Assembly: GCA_038207335.1 (NCBI GenBank)
Contig: JBBQZX010000021.1
Coordinates: forward strand, 40,909-104,908
Reading direction: 5' to 3'
Length of the DNA stretch: 64,000 nucleotides
From: Chthoniobacterales bacterium
GTDB lineage: Bacteria > Verrucomicrobiota > Verrucomicrobiia > Chthoniobacterales > Chthoniobacteraceae
In this document: piece after piece, positions 9,652 to 20,983 of the stretch
Numbering within the stretch: position 1 is the stretch's first letter
How the letters are laid out: each line of letters begins with the position of its first letter
The notes under the pieces: model-generated
Database searches by the model: none
Told to the model about the DNA's origin: nothing
What the model saw: only the letters and a program-made list of their open reading frames with translations
Program-made: the position numbers and the translations under genes

Positions 9652-10611
9652 ATGAAACTCCTCCCTCTCGCAGCACTCCTCCTCCTCGCCGTCGCCGCTT
9701 CCGCCGCCGACTGGGAAAACATCTCCGACGCCACCACCGCCCAAGTCAAACCCGGCTACGGTGGCCCCACCTCCGGAGTCGTCGCCGACCGCACCAATGG
9801 CGACCTCTTCATGGTCATCAGCGACCAGGGCCTCTGGCGCAGCACCGACCACGGCGCCACTTTCACCCGCTGCGACGGCGGCGCGATTGGTGGCCGATGC
9901 GAGACCGGTTGGGCGCTCCAAGCCGACACCGCCGGCAGCCGCCTCGCCTGCTTCATGATCTACGGCAGCAGCGGCATGAGCACCGACCGCGGCGCGACTT
10001 GGACGAAATTCAAAACCACCCACCTCGACTTCGGCGCCGTCGATTGGGCCGACACCGCGCATCGCCTCCTCGCCATCCGACACGAGAGCGGCGGCATGCT
10101 CACCACCAGCCCTGACGCCGGCACCACTTGGACCGACCTCGGCAAAGACTACACCGGTTGCGGCGTCCTCGATTCCCACACCTTCCTCGCCACCAAAACC
10201 GCCGAACCCGGCATCTTCCGCAGCACCGATGCCGGGGTCACGTGGACCCGTGTCTTCGAGCAAACCCCAGCTGCCCCCGTCCCCGTCCTCTTTGATAAAG
10301 TCGCCTACTGGCTTGCCGGCAAAACCCTCCTCGTCAGCCGCGACCTCGGTGCCACTTGGTCTGCGCTCCCAGGCGTGGTCGAGGCCAGTTACGGTCCCTA
10401 CTTCGCCGACGCCCAACACTTCACCGTCGTTGGACCCAAAGGCTTCCTCGAAACCAGCGACGCCGGCACCACTTGGACCCCCGCTGCTCCACTGCCGTCC
10501 GGCTTCAAAATCCAGCGCGTCGGCCCGAACTTCGCCTGGGATCCCCGCGCCGACCTCTTCTACGCCTCCGCCATGACCCGACCCACCTTCCGGCTCACTC
10601 GAGGAAAGTAG
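9652..10611 (+). CDS. Secreted BNR/Asp-box beta-propeller protein (sialidase/xyloglucanase-like fold)
   Basis: Repeated S-x-D-x-G-x-T-W/F boxes (STDHGATF, STDRGATW, SPDAGTTW, STDAGVTW, SRDLGATW, TSDAGTTW); abuts upstream stop. Confidence 0.85.
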   Translation: MKLLPLAALLLLAVAASAADWENISDATTAQVKPGYGGPTSGVVADRTNGDLFMVISDQGLWRSTDHGATFTRCDGGAIGGRCETGWALQADTAGSRLACFMIYGSSGMSTDRGATWTKFKTTHLDFGAVDWADTAHRLLAIRHESGGMLTTSPDAGTTWTDLGKDYTGCGVLDSHTFLATKTAEPGIFRSTDAGVTWTRVFEQTPAAPVPVLFDKVAYWLAGKTLLVSRDLGATWSALPGVVEASYGPYFADAQHFTVVGPKGFLETSDAGTTWTPAAPLPSGFKIQRVGPNFAWDPRADLFYASAMTRPTFRLTRGK

Positions 10612-10692
10612 CACCTCTCGGAAAAATCCATTTGCGCCGTGCGTCAGATTCGCATTGCAGCGTTGGGCTTCGTCCCCGTTCCCCTCCTATCT

Positions 10693-11850
10693 ATGAAACA
10701 TCGTCTTTACCTTGCATTCGCGGCCTTCCTCAGCGCGACGGGCGTCGCCGACCTCCGAGCGCAGACCCTCGCCGACCCGAGCTTCGAGTCGGTTCAGCAG
10801 GGGGGTGCAAATTTCTACTACCAGCCCACCGGCTTCCCATGGAGTTTCACCTCCACCTCCGGCGTCATCCAGCCCCCCAGCGCTTTTGCGGGTCCCACCA
10901 CCGGCTTTAATGGCACCCAATACGCCTTTCTCCAGACCAACACCGGCAGTCCTAGCTCCAACGGTGCCGGCGGCCTCATCTCACAGACTGTCAATTTCCC
11001 GAGCGCGGGCAACTACCGGCTCTCCCTAATAAACGCTTACCGGGGAACTCAATCCGCCGCCCGCTACGCCGTCCAGATCGACGGCGTCACCGTCACCTCC
11101 TCCGTGGGCGCCTTCAATAGCGCCTTCACCGCGAATCAGATCAACTTCGCCGCCCCTGCCGGTTCTCACACCTTCTCCCTCATCTCCACCGGGCCCACCG
11201 ACTCCACCACATTTGTGGACCAGCTCGCCCTCTCCGTCGCCAATGGCGGCTTCAGCATCGGCACCTTCACCGGCGACGCCGACTCCGGCGTCTCCACCTC
11301 GAAGACCTACACCCACGCCATCGATCTCGATGGCTCCGGTGGCAACGTCAATGGCGTCACCTTTTCCCCCGGAGGCACCGGCGCCCAAGCCACCTACACC
11401 CTCTCTGGAGCCGGAACGCCCAACGCCAGCCTCACCACCAACACTCTCACCGGCACGATGCACTCCATCGCCACCGACTTCTTCTACGGCGGCAATCCGG
11501 CCACCCTCACCCTCTCCGGCCTCACCGTCGGCAAACAATACCTCACCACCTTCTACGCCGCCGGCTTTGGCGCCGCCGGGGGCCGTCTCCAGACCGCCTC
11601 CGACAGTCTGGGCAACGTCATCTACTTCGATGAAGACGCCGCCGGCCAGAACAACGGCACCCTTTTGCGCGACGCCTTCACCGCCACCGCCAGCACCGTT
11701 ACCTTCACCTTCACACCGACTGTAGCCGGCAATACCTACCACTTCTACGGTTTCAGCAACGAAGTCGTCCCCGAGCCCGGCACCCTCGGCCTCCTCGCCT
11801 GCGCCGCCACCGGCCTTCTCGCCCGCCGTCGCCGCAGCGCTGCGCAGTAA
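10693..11850 (+). CDS. PEP-CTERM sorting domain protein
   Basis: Signal peptide; C-terminal VPEPGTLGLLACAATGLLARRRRS. Confidence 0.93.
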   Translation: MKHRLYLAFAAFLSATGVADLRAQTLADPSFESVQQGGANFYYQPTGFPWSFTSTSGVIQPPSAFAGPTTGFNGTQYAFLQTNTGSPSSNGAGGLISQTVNFPSAGNYRLSLINAYRGTQSAARYAVQIDGVTVTSSVGAFNSAFTANQINFAAPAGSHTFSLISTGPTDSTTFVDQLALSVANGGFSIGTFTGDADSGVSTSKTYTHAIDLDGSGGNVNGVTFSPGGTGAQATYTLSGAGTPNASLTTNTLTGTMHSIATDFFYGGNPATLTLSGLTVGKQYLTTFYAAGFGAAGGRLQTASDSLGNVIYFDEDAAGQNNGTLLRDAFTATASTVTFTFTPTVAGNTYHFYGFSNEVVPEPGTLGLLACAATGLLARRRRSAAQ

Positions 11851-11948
11851 TCACCGGCCAGTCCGCAGTGGGTCCGTTGCGCACAAAATTCTCTGCATCA
11901 CGTTTGCAAAAACCCCGAGTTTGCTTCAATGCGACCCTCTTTTTCGCC

Positions 11949-12377
11949 ATGAAAAGCACACACGCCCGCTGCCTCCCCTTCCTCTGCCTTTTCCCGCCGC
12001 CGTGCCTGCGTGGGCTGGCACGTTGAAACGCGGTCGTTACAGTGGAACCTGCGTCTTTACTCAGACCCTTGCCGAGAGCGGTATCGTCGTGAAAAAGACG
12101 TTCGCCGTCACCGGCCGCATCCGCGATAATTTCACCTGCATCTTTCTTGGCGTCCCCCTCGGGGTCGCCACCAATCGCGTCGATAGGCGACTTTTCAGTG
12201 GCACCATCAATGTCGGTCTCAGTAAATTTAGCGGCCTCAGAGGCACCGATAACGACGGCAATACATTCAGTTGTCAGAACCGGCGGCACCCTGCGGCTCG
12301 CCTGGACCTTCCATCACGGCCAGACGTTCGGCGATACGGTCAACCGTCGCGCATCTCACGGCGATAGGGGGCGCTAG
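11949..12377 (+). pseudogene. Frameshifted small secreted hypothetical protein
   Basis: ATG 11949 (MKSTHARCLPFLCLF) continues in another frame as PAAVPAWAGTLKRGRYSG..., with a probable second shift near 12270. Confidence 0.45.
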
Positions 12378-12383
12378 AGGCGG

Positions 12384-12761
12384 CTACTTCATCGAGTGCA
12401 GGCCGATGAGATTGCCCTCCGTGTCGAGAACGAGCGCGATGAAGCCCCATTGCCCGATGGGAGACTTCTCCTTCTGGATGCGCCCGCCATTCTCGACCGC
12501 GCGCGCCGCCTCAATGGCGCAATCTTCGCACGAGAAATAGACGAGCGACCCTCCGACGCCGGAGTCCTTGCCGTCCATCTTCACGAGCGCGCCTGCACAG
12601 CCGCCGCCTTCGTGACTCATGGGGAAGGCGAACAGCTCCACGCCGGAAGCTTCGAGGCGCTCGAAGGTGGTCTGGAGGGTCTTTTGGTAGAAGGTCTTGG
12701 CGCGATCCATGTCCTGGACATAGATCTCGAACCAGCCGACGGGATTGCGTTCAGGATTCAT
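12384..12761 (-). CDS. VOC/glyoxalase family protein
   Basis: NPVGWFEIYVQDMDRAKTFY ... GFIALVLDTEGNLIGLHS. Confidence 0.93.
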   Translation of the reverse strand: MNPERNPVGWFEIYVQDMDRAKTFYQKTLQTTFERLEASGVELFAFPMSHEGGGCAGALVKMDGKDSGVGGSLVYFSCEDCAIEAARAVENGGRIQKEKSPIGQWGFIALVLDTEGNLIGLHSMK

Positions 12762-12821
12762 AGTTGGGAGTTCGGTTAAACGTTCGAGATTACTTCGCAC
12801 CGCATCGGGCCGCCGGTCGCG

Positions 12822-13530
12822 CTACACCTCGCGGATCGTGAAATCCCCCGTCGTCGGAGAAAGCTCGATCGGCGCGTCGGGCGTCGCGGCGGTGGTGAGG
12901 TGCGCGGTGTAGCCGAGCGCTTTCACCTTGCCGATTTGCCCGGCGGTGAAGCCAAAGTGACGCCGCTCCCGGCGCTTCCGCTGATCGTCCCTTTGATCAT
13001 GCTCGCGATCCGCGGGATGATTGCCGTCAGGAAGTTATTGATCATCGTGTTGCCCGTCGTGCCGAAGCCCGCCGCGCCGCCGTCATTGATCCCCGCGGTC
13101 ACCGAGCTCGCGATCCAATCGCCCCCGACGGAGATCGCGCCGATTTGTGCGTTTCCATTGAAGCCGCTGGTATCCGTGTCGGAGGGCCGGAAGCCGCCCA
13201 GAATTTTCGCGAATTCCACACGGCCTCCCACCTTTACATTGCCGATCGCGAGGTCGGTCGTGGCGTCGGTGGGCAGGTGAAGGTGGCCGCTCCCCGTGAT
13301 CAGGACGAAGCTCGACTGCCCGGCGATATCATTCCCGATAAGGCTGCCTTTCACCGTGACCGGCCCGAGGGCGTAGCAAGCGCGGATCGCCTCGCAATTC
13401 GTCAGCGTGCCGCTGCTGGCGTCGAGCCCGGCGATGATCGAATCCCCCACCGTCACACTCGCGATGTCCCCGCCGAAGCTGATGATCGACCCCACGCGGT
13501 CGAGCGAGACGGAGCCGGTGATGCTCCCTC
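12822..13530 (-). pseudogene. C-terminal remnant of a large secreted beta-helix-like protein
   Basis: No start or signal peptide; IASVTVG/LGPVTVKG/IGNVKVGG/IGAISVGG repeats; frameshift near 12960 leads to HFGFTAGQIGKVKA...TGDFTIREV-stop (TAG at 12822-12824). Confidence 0.7.
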
Positions 13531-13825
13531 CGGGGATGCGCCTATCCAACCCGCCCCGTGAGGCGGGTCGAGCAAGAACCCCGGCGGGCAATGAAAACGT
13601 GGGCGATCACGCCGCGCGGAGCTTCATTTGGTAGAGGAGGAGCAAAATGAGGATGCCGCCATCAATCACGAAAGCGGACTTGATTGGCTGCGCGATCTCT
13701 CCTGGCAGCTATGGACATCTCCTCGACGCAGCGAAACATCCACGTTTCTATCCGCTCTCGGAAGAGTGCAGCGTGGAATGAGCCAGACTCCTCATCGCCA
13801 AACAACGCGAACTCCTCCGTGCCGG

Positions 13826-14800
13826 ATGACTCTCACCCGATCCCGACTGCTCCCCATCACGCGAATCGTTGCTGCGGGCATGGCGATTAGCGGCTTTCTC
13901 GCAGTCGCGATTGGATTCTTCGGCGATGTTCATTGGTATGCCGATCTCTTCTCGCATCTGCGACCGCAGTATTGCGTCTGGCTTGGCCTTGCGATCATTG
14001 CCGCGACGCTTGCCAGACGGTGGATTGCCTTGGGCGTGGCGCTCGCCGCTTTGATCGCAAACTGCGTCGCTCTCGCCCCATACTCCGTCCCGTGGCATGA
14101 CTCGCAGGCTGCGCAGCCGTGCGGGCGCCCGTGGACATTCGTCACGATCAACCTCCTCTACGGCAACCGGCAGCATTCGCTCGTCTCGGAGTATCTGCGG
14201 CGCGAAAAGGCGGACGTGGTCGTCTTCGAGGAGGTTTCGGCCTACTGGCAGGCAGAGCTCGAGGAACTCAGCGATCTTTACCCCTACCGCTCCACGAAAG
14301 TCGCCAAGGACAGCTTTGGCATCGCGATTTTTTCCCGTCAGGAGCCGCTGAAGGTCGCCATTCGGCAAGTGGGAGAACGCGAAGGCGACGTGGCAGTCTT
14401 CGGGACTTGGGAGAGCGACGGGAAGCGCTTTGGCCTCGTCGGCGTCCACCCGGACAAGCCCGACGACGCGTGGAAGGTCCGCAACCGGCGCGTGTATCTC
14501 GGTAACGTCGCGCAGTGGTGCAACGATCAAACGAAGGCCGGCAGGCCGCTGCTTGCCATCGGCGACTTCAACGCCACCCCGTGGTCGGCGTCACTCCGAT
14601 CGTTCGTCCGTGACACGGATCTTCGCAACGCCAACCAAGGCACGATCTTCGGAGCCACATGGAATCTCTGGCAACCGCACCGCCTCTTGATCGACCACGT
14701 CTTTCTCTCCCCTCAGTGGACGCTACTCCACCGCGAGGTCGGGCCCGACATCGGCTCGGATCACCGTCCGCTCCTCATACGCGCCGCCCTGAAGCTCTGA
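13826..14800 (+). CDS. Endonuclease/exonuclease/phosphatase family protein (YafD-like), membrane-anchored
   Basis: N-terminal TMs, DVVVFEEV, IGDFNATPWS, IDHVF, GSDHRP. Confidence 0.92.
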   Translation: MTLTRSRLLPITRIVAAGMAISGFLAVAIGFFGDVHWYADLFSHLRPQYCVWLGLAIIAATLARRWIALGVALAALIANCVALAPYSVPWHDSQAAQPCGRPWTFVTINLLYGNRQHSLVSEYLRREKADVVVFEEVSAYWQAELEELSDLYPYRSTKVAKDSFGIAIFSRQEPLKVAIRQVGEREGDVAVFGTWESDGKRFGLVGVHPDKPDDAWKVRNRRVYLGNVAQWCNDQTKAGRPLLAIGDFNATPWSASLRSFVRDTDLRNANQGTIFGATWNLWQPHRLLIDHVFLSPQWTLLHREVGPDIGSDHRPLLIRAALKL

Positions 14801-14862
14801 AAGTCGCGATCGGGAGTTCAACCCAGAGCCCATCCGAGAGGGAAATGCTCGCGCCGCGACCA

Positions 14863-15465
14863 TTATTCCGGGCGGATCATCTCAAAGCGGTCGCTGGTCC
14901 GGCAGTACCAGTGCGGGCTTGCCATGCGGCCGATGACTTGGTAGCGCTCGCCGCGGATTCGGAGCGTCGCGGGGTCGATCAGTTCCTCCCGAATGTGCGC
15001 GCGCTTCACCAACCCGATCACGAGGCGGTTCCCGCCGATCTGCAGAGTGCCCCACTCCACGCATTCGAGGCTCGCGGGCGCGGCGGCGATTCGCGGCACC
15101 TTTACCGCGGAGCCCGGCACAGTCGCCAACCCCGCCGCGACCACCTCGCTCTTGCCAAAAGGCAGCGTCGCCGCCGTCGCATTCATCGCCTCGGCGAGCG
15201 CTTCATCCACTAGATTCACCACGAACTCATGCCCCGCGCGGATATTCCTCGCCGTATCCTTCGGCGTCCCGTCGTCACGATCCCCGGGGCAAAATCCCAC
15301 AATCGGCGGGTTCGCCCCGAGCACGTTGAAAAAGCTGAACGGCGCGGCATTCACCGCTCCATCCGGCCCCAGCGTCGTCACCCATGCGATGGGCCGCGGC
15401 GTCACCAGAGACGCTAGGATCGCATACGCGCGACCCGCATGTTCACCTTCGAGATCGAGTTCCAT
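14863..15465 (-). CDS. Flavin reductase (DIM6/NTAB) family protein
   Basis: VTPRPIAWVTT, NAAPFSFFN, KDTARNI, EFVVNLV. Confidence 0.93.
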   Translation of the reverse strand: MELDLEGEHAGRAYAILASLVTPRPIAWVTTLGPDGAVNAAPFSFFNVLGANPPIVGFCPGDRDDGTPKDTARNIRAGHEFVVNLVDEALAEAMNATAATLPFGKSEVVAAGLATVPGSAVKVPRIAAAPASLECVEWGTLQIGGNRLVIGLVKRAHIREELIDPATLRIRGERYQVIGRMASPHWYCRTSDRFEMIRPE

Positions 15466-15678
15466 GCGAGTGAAACGTCCCGCGCCCCGGCCCCGGCCTT
15501 GCGGCGAATTCAGTGCCACGGCATTTCGATAGCGCCCAGAGGGAAGACCGCGAAATCGTTTCGTGCGTGAATTTTTTTGCTTTCACGGGTGTGGTGCGCT
15601 TCATTCCGCGCGCTTGCAAGAAAGGCGGCTTGTCAAGGCAGTGCTCGGTGCCCGCCGGTCGGTCTCAAGTTCCCTTGC

Positions 15679-18600
15679 ATGAAAGCATTTGCCGCATTCC
15701 TTTTGCTCGTCTGCGCTCCGTTCGCGGACGCCGCTTCGTTGTTTCAAGATGGCTTCGAGACAGGTCCGCTCGGGAGCGCATGGACAGTGACAAGCAGTGG
15801 CGACGGGCGGGTGGCGATCCACGATGACTTTGGCCTGCGACGGGTGCGCGGCATTTGGTGCTGGATGATGCGGTGAGCGATGCGGCGAATTCCGTGGCGG
15901 AGGCGACGCTGACGCTGGACCTGGCGCACAAGAAGAATGTGGTGCTCTCTTTCAAGGCGAAGAGTCTCGGCAATGAGCCGAATCCGCCCCCGGCGAACAA
16001 CTTCTCCAATACGCGCAACTACGACGGCGTGGCAGTGAGTGTCGATGGGGGGACCACTTGGAGGGCGGTGCAGTCGCTTGCGGGTGTGGGGACGGATTGG
16101 GAGAGCTTTAATATCACGCTCGATAGCTCGGTGGCGTGGCTGGGGTCGTTTAGCGCGGGCTTTCGCATCCGCTTTTCGGAATATGACAACGCGAGGGTGC
16201 CGATCGATGGGATCGCGATCGACGATGTCGCGGTGACCGGCGACGACGACCTGAGCGCGGTGCTGGAGCTGCCCTCGTCGGTGCGCGAGGGAAGCGGGCC
16301 GTATATCGGCTACGTCCTGCTTTCTTTCTCGCAGCCACAGGCGGTGACGGTGGCGCTGGCGACTTCGCCCACGGGGCAGGTGCTGCTGCCGGCCTCCGTG
16401 GTGGTGCCTGCGGGGCAGTCGTACGCGAGCTTTGAGTTCACCGTGGCGGACGATGCGCTCGTGAATCTTACCCGGATCATCACGGTGACGCCCTTGGGGC
16501 CGGCCGGCTTCACGGGCGTCCCGAGCAGCATCGTGGTGCTGGACGACGAGGCTCTGCCCACCGCGACCTTGACCCTGCCCGCGCAATTGAAGGAGGGGGA
16601 GCTCCCAGGGGGTAATGCCTTCATCTCGCTGAAGTTTCCCGCCACCGCACCGATCGTTTTCGATATCACGACGAGTCCTGCGGGGGAGATTTCCGTTCCA
16701 TCGACGGTCACCGTCCCCGCTGGCGCGACGCTGGCGGGCTTCACAGCTCAAGCGCTCAATGATACGCGGCTCGATGGGGACATTCTCGTGACCGTGACGG
16801 CGACCGCGCCCCTACTCGCCCCGGCTGTGGCGCAGACGACCGCCGTGGACGACGAAATTCCCGCGCTCTCCCTGGTGCTGCCCGCGACTTTGACCGAAGG
16901 TGCCGCCGGCACAGCCACGATCAACATGTCCGGCGCGCTGCCAGCGGCCCTGACCGTCAATCTCACCAGCTCGCTCACTGCCGCGCTCACGGTGCCCACG
17001 ACGATCATGATCCCCGCGGGCCAGACGACCGCGACATTTCCCCTGACCACCGTGGACGACGGCCTGATCAATTTCGCCCGCTCCGCGACGATCAGCGCCA
17101 GCGGAACCGGCGTGTCGAGCACTTCGGCCAGCCTCTCCGTGCTCGACGACGAAACGCCGCCGGTGCTCACGCTCACGCTGCCCGCCACCGTCACCGAGGG
17201 CCTTTACCCCGCGTGGAATGCCACCGTCTCGCTCAGCACCGCCGCTGCCGCTCCGCTGACCGTCGTCTTCACTACCAACCCCGGCACCGAGCTGAGCCTC
17301 CCATTTTCCCTGATCATCCCCGCCGGCCAGACGCAGGTGGCGTTCACCGTCCAGGCGGCGAATGACACGCGCATCGACGGCGACGTCCTCGTCTCAGTCT
17401 CCGCGACCCCGTCCAGCGCATCCGGTGTCGCGCCCGCCACCGCGAGCATCACCACCATCGACAACGAAACCCGCGTGCTCACCCTCGCCCTCCCCGCCAC
17501 GATCCTAGAGGGCGGCACCGGCTCCGGCACCGTCACGATGTCCGGCACTTTGACGACCCCGCTCGTGGTCAGTCTCACCAGCTCGAAAGTCAGCGCGCTC
17601 ACGCTTCCAGCCACCGTCACGATCCCCGCCGGCGGCACCCAGGTCAGCTTCATCGCCACCGCTCCCGACAACGCCGCCACCGACGGCAGCCGCCCCGTCA
17701 ATGGCACCGTTGCCGCCGCGACCTTCACCGGCGCATCGGCCGCCGTCGTCGTCCGCGACAACGAACTCGTCCGCTACAGCTTCAGCGGCCTGGCGAATAT
17801 CGTGAACGTCTCCAAGCCGCAGACCATCACCGTCGGCGGGGCCGATGTGGAGGGGAACATCATCCCCGGCGTGCTCGGCACGGTGAATCTCAGTCTCGTC
17901 CGTCCGGACGGCACCACCCAGCCTTTGACGCCGCCCACCGCGGTGCTCTCCGGCTCGGCGGGTTGGACCGGGAGCGTCACACTTCCCGCCGTCACGGTGG
18001 GGCCGCTGAAGTTGCGCGCCACCGGCACGGGCGGCATCACCGGCGACTCGAGCTTCTTCGACCCGCTGAACGTCCTGAGCCTCACGACAGCCGACCTTTT
18101 GTGGGATGGAGTCCGCAAGCGCATCTTCGCGAGCGTGCCTGCCACGGCGGGCGGCGCTTATGCAAATCAGGTCGTCGCCATCGATCCCGCCACCCTCCAG
18201 ATCACTGGCAGCGTCACCACCGGCCAGGACCCCGGACAGATCGTCATGACTAGCGGCGGCGAATACCTCTACGTCGCGCTCAAGGCCAACGGCACCGTCG
18301 ATCGCATCGAGCGCAGCCCCACCGCTGGCACCTTCATCGGCTACAACAACTACACCAGCGGCTTCGGCCTCACCCGCCTCCTCATCGCCTCCGACGGCGT
18401 CACCATCACCCAAACAAATTCCAGCGTCATCAGCGGCTACTACGTCGAAATCCGTAGCTCCGGCTCCCTCCTCGCCTCCTCCAGCGGCCTCATCGTCGAT
18501 GCCGCCAGCCTCACCCTTAAGTCCAACCTCGGCACCACCGGGCGCCCCTGCCTTGACACCCCCTACCAGCGCGCCTACATCGTCAATGGCGCCAGCCTCC

Positions 18601-19181
18601 GCGCCTTCGACACCACCACCGGCAGCGCCACCGGCTCCCTCACCCTTCCTACCACACTCACCGGCGACTGGGCCCTCAACTCCCTCCGCTGGGGCCTCGA
18701 CGGCTTCGCCATCCTCGGCCCCGACAAAATCTACCTCGCCCGCTGGTCCGCCGCCATCCCCGCCGCCCTCGACTCGAACAACGACGGCACCTCCGACGCC
18801 TGGGCCGCCGCCTACTTCAGCACCTTCACCCTCGACCCCGCGGCCGACACCGACCGCGACGGCATCGCCGACTCCCTCGAATACCTCTTCGGAACCTCCC
18901 CCCTCACCGGCAACCGCAGCCCCATCGCCTTCAGCACCACGAAAGCCGCCGGCCGCACCATCCTTCACCTCACCTTCCCCCGGCGCGCCGACCTCGCCCC
19001 TGGCTCCTACGGCTTCCTCGTCGGCACCGACCTCGCCACATGGCAGCCCGTCGCCAGCCTCACCGAGACCATCATCTCCACCCAGATCATCGGCGGAGTG
19101 AAAATCGACACCATCGACGCCGCCGTGCCCTCTCCTTCCGAGGAATGTGGATACCTCAGGTTAAAGTGGACCCATCCCTAA
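15679..19181 (+). CDS. Large surface protein with Calx-beta/Ig-like repeats, a beta-propeller and a DxDxDG C-terminal region; frameshift near 15835
   Basis: Signal peptide MKAFAAFLLLVCAPFADA lies in a different frame from the 15855-19181 ORF; repeats VxxPAGxTxxxFxxxxxDD; C-terminal DSNNDG/DTDRDG...LEYLFGTSP. Confidence 0.8.
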
Positions 19182-19198
19182 GCCCGCCAGCCCTGCCC

Positions 19199-19561
19199 AT
19201 GCACCGCGCCACCCTCACCCGCTGTGTGGAAATCCTCCCCATCGTCGTCCCCGTCGTCCTCATCATCGGAGCCATCAGCTTCCTTTCCCGACCCTCCCCC
19301 CCGACTCCCCTCGACCCCGCCCGCCTGCACCCACCCGGAGAACCAGGCGTCTCCTATTGCACCCTCGACTCCGCCGGCCATCTCGCCAGCACCCAGCACA
19401 AAGACGCCCGCGGCCTTTCCCCCCTTGAAATCCTCCACACCCCTACCGGCGACATCACCATCCAGCGCACCTTCGGCGACACCGGCACCCTCTTAAAAGA
19501 AGAAGCCTTCCGCGCCGGCCACCCCGTCCCCCTTCCCGCCCATAGAAAGGCCGAACAGTAG
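19199..19561 (+). CDS. Hypothetical membrane-anchored protein
   Basis: ATG 19199, single TM (IVVPVVLIIGAISFL), codon usage like the upstream gene. Confidence 0.6.
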   Translation: MHRATLTRCVEILPIVVPVVLIIGAISFLSRPSPPTPLDPARLHPPGEPGVSYCTLDSAGHLASTQHKDARGLSPLEILHTPTGDITIQRTFGDTGTLLKEEAFRAGHPVPLPAHRKAEQ

Positions 19562-19637
19562 CTGCCGACTGCGGCGGCCCGGAGGGCAGAAGAAGCGAAC
19601 GGGTGGCGCCATCTCACGGAGGAACGACCACAGCTAC
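19558..19637. repeat. REP-like element bounded by GTAGCTG...CAGCTAC
   Basis: Inverted 7-bp GTAG-type ends in a convergent intergenic region. Confidence 0.45.
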
Positions 19638-19685
19638 GGCAGGGGCGTCGGAAGCCCCAGCAGGAAGTGGAATCTCCAAAGACGG

Positions 19686-20983
19686 TCAGCGACTTAGAAC
19701 GCGATGTTTGCGGCGGGCCTTGCTTTTGGAAAGAGAGGGCAAGATCACGCCTTGCGCAGCGAGGGATTCCGGAGCAGCGGCTGGAGCGGCTTCCACCGGA
19801 AACGCGAGTCGGTAGAACCGCGACGTGAAAGCCGAGGCGGCAGCATCTTCAAAAAGAAAACCACCGTCGCCCGCGGCCCGCACGGTGCCGATCGGCTGAA
19901 AAGGCGCGTCGAGTGTCTCCGTCGCGAGCACTGTGTGCGTGCCGTTAGGGACGGCGCGGCCGCGGAGGGACAGCTTCCCATCGGTGCCGCGCTGGATGCT
20001 GCTGAATTGGAGTTCCCCCGCGACTCGCACGATGGTGCCGTGCGAGAGGAAGCCGGGCGTGCTGTCCTGAATCACATTGACGAGCGGCGCCGCGGTGGCG
20101 AGGTCATCGTAGGAGTCAGTGTAGGCGAGACGCCCGGCATTGCCGGGCTGAGAATTCGACACGTAGATGCGCCAGTGGCCGTTGCCGAGCGGGAGAAAGT
20201 TCACGCCTTCACTGCCGTCGTGCTGCCAGTATCCGGGGCCGGGATCGCCGCTATCGATCCTGGTGTATTCGGATAAAGGCCCGACGACGCTTTTCCACAG
20301 TTCCTGCCGCGCGGTCCCGGAGTTGTGGATCGTCATGTACCACGCGCCATCGTGCTCCAAGATGAACTGCTCGAGGAACACCGGCGGCAGCCCCGACCCC
20401 GATGCGCCAGTGATAAAGCCCTGCGCGGTCCAGTTCGTCCCTGTGGAATCCGTGCGCCGGAACACGTATTCGTGCGCCACCCCCGTGTCGTAGTCGATGC
20501 CGGGGCAGGTAATGTAAGCGTCGCCATTGGCAGCGATGTAAAACTCCGGTCCCCAGCACTGCACATGATGCCCCTGCGTCACGACGGGGATATTCGCGAC
20601 AAAGCTCCAGTGAATAAGGTCCGTGGACCTCGCCAGCCCGAAATACCATTCGTCATGTCCAAAGTAAGGACTGCGAGGCGGCGACCCGATCACCCCGAAA
20701 TCGCCCGACGTATAGCACACGAACCACGTCTCGCCGATCCGCGCGATGGAGGGATCGCGGAGATCATCCCCATTGGGCGGCCGGAACAAATCAAAGGAGC
20801 CGCTCTCATTCTGCAACATCCGCCAAGTAATCCCGTCGTCGCTCAACCCGATCCGCAGCGCCTGCACTTCGTTGTTCAAGTTCGACATCACATACCGCGC
20901 GCCCGGGATGATCGACCCGGTATCCGCGCGGGCCACCCCGCCGGCACGAGCGCGCACACGATCGCGAGGAAAAGGCAGTTCAT
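19686..20983 (-). CDS. Secreted GH43/GH32-like five-bladed beta-propeller glycoside hydrolase; signal peptide frameshifted
   Basis: LRDPSI, ARSTDLIHW, WGPEFY, SEGVN, LSHGTIV; ATG 20983 gives MNCLFLAIVCALV in a different frame from the body. Confidence 0.75.

Noticed and set aside
8365..10614. 749-aa minus-strand ORF and similar long shadow ORFs (17505-18968, 24557-26104, 27476-29104, 48742-50160)
   Set aside because: Antisense to well-supported genes; expected from high GC and strong codon bias; no motifs
18290..18330. Possible internal deletion in the propeller of the large surface protein
   Set aside because: The propeller looks short, but this cannot be shown without homolog alignment
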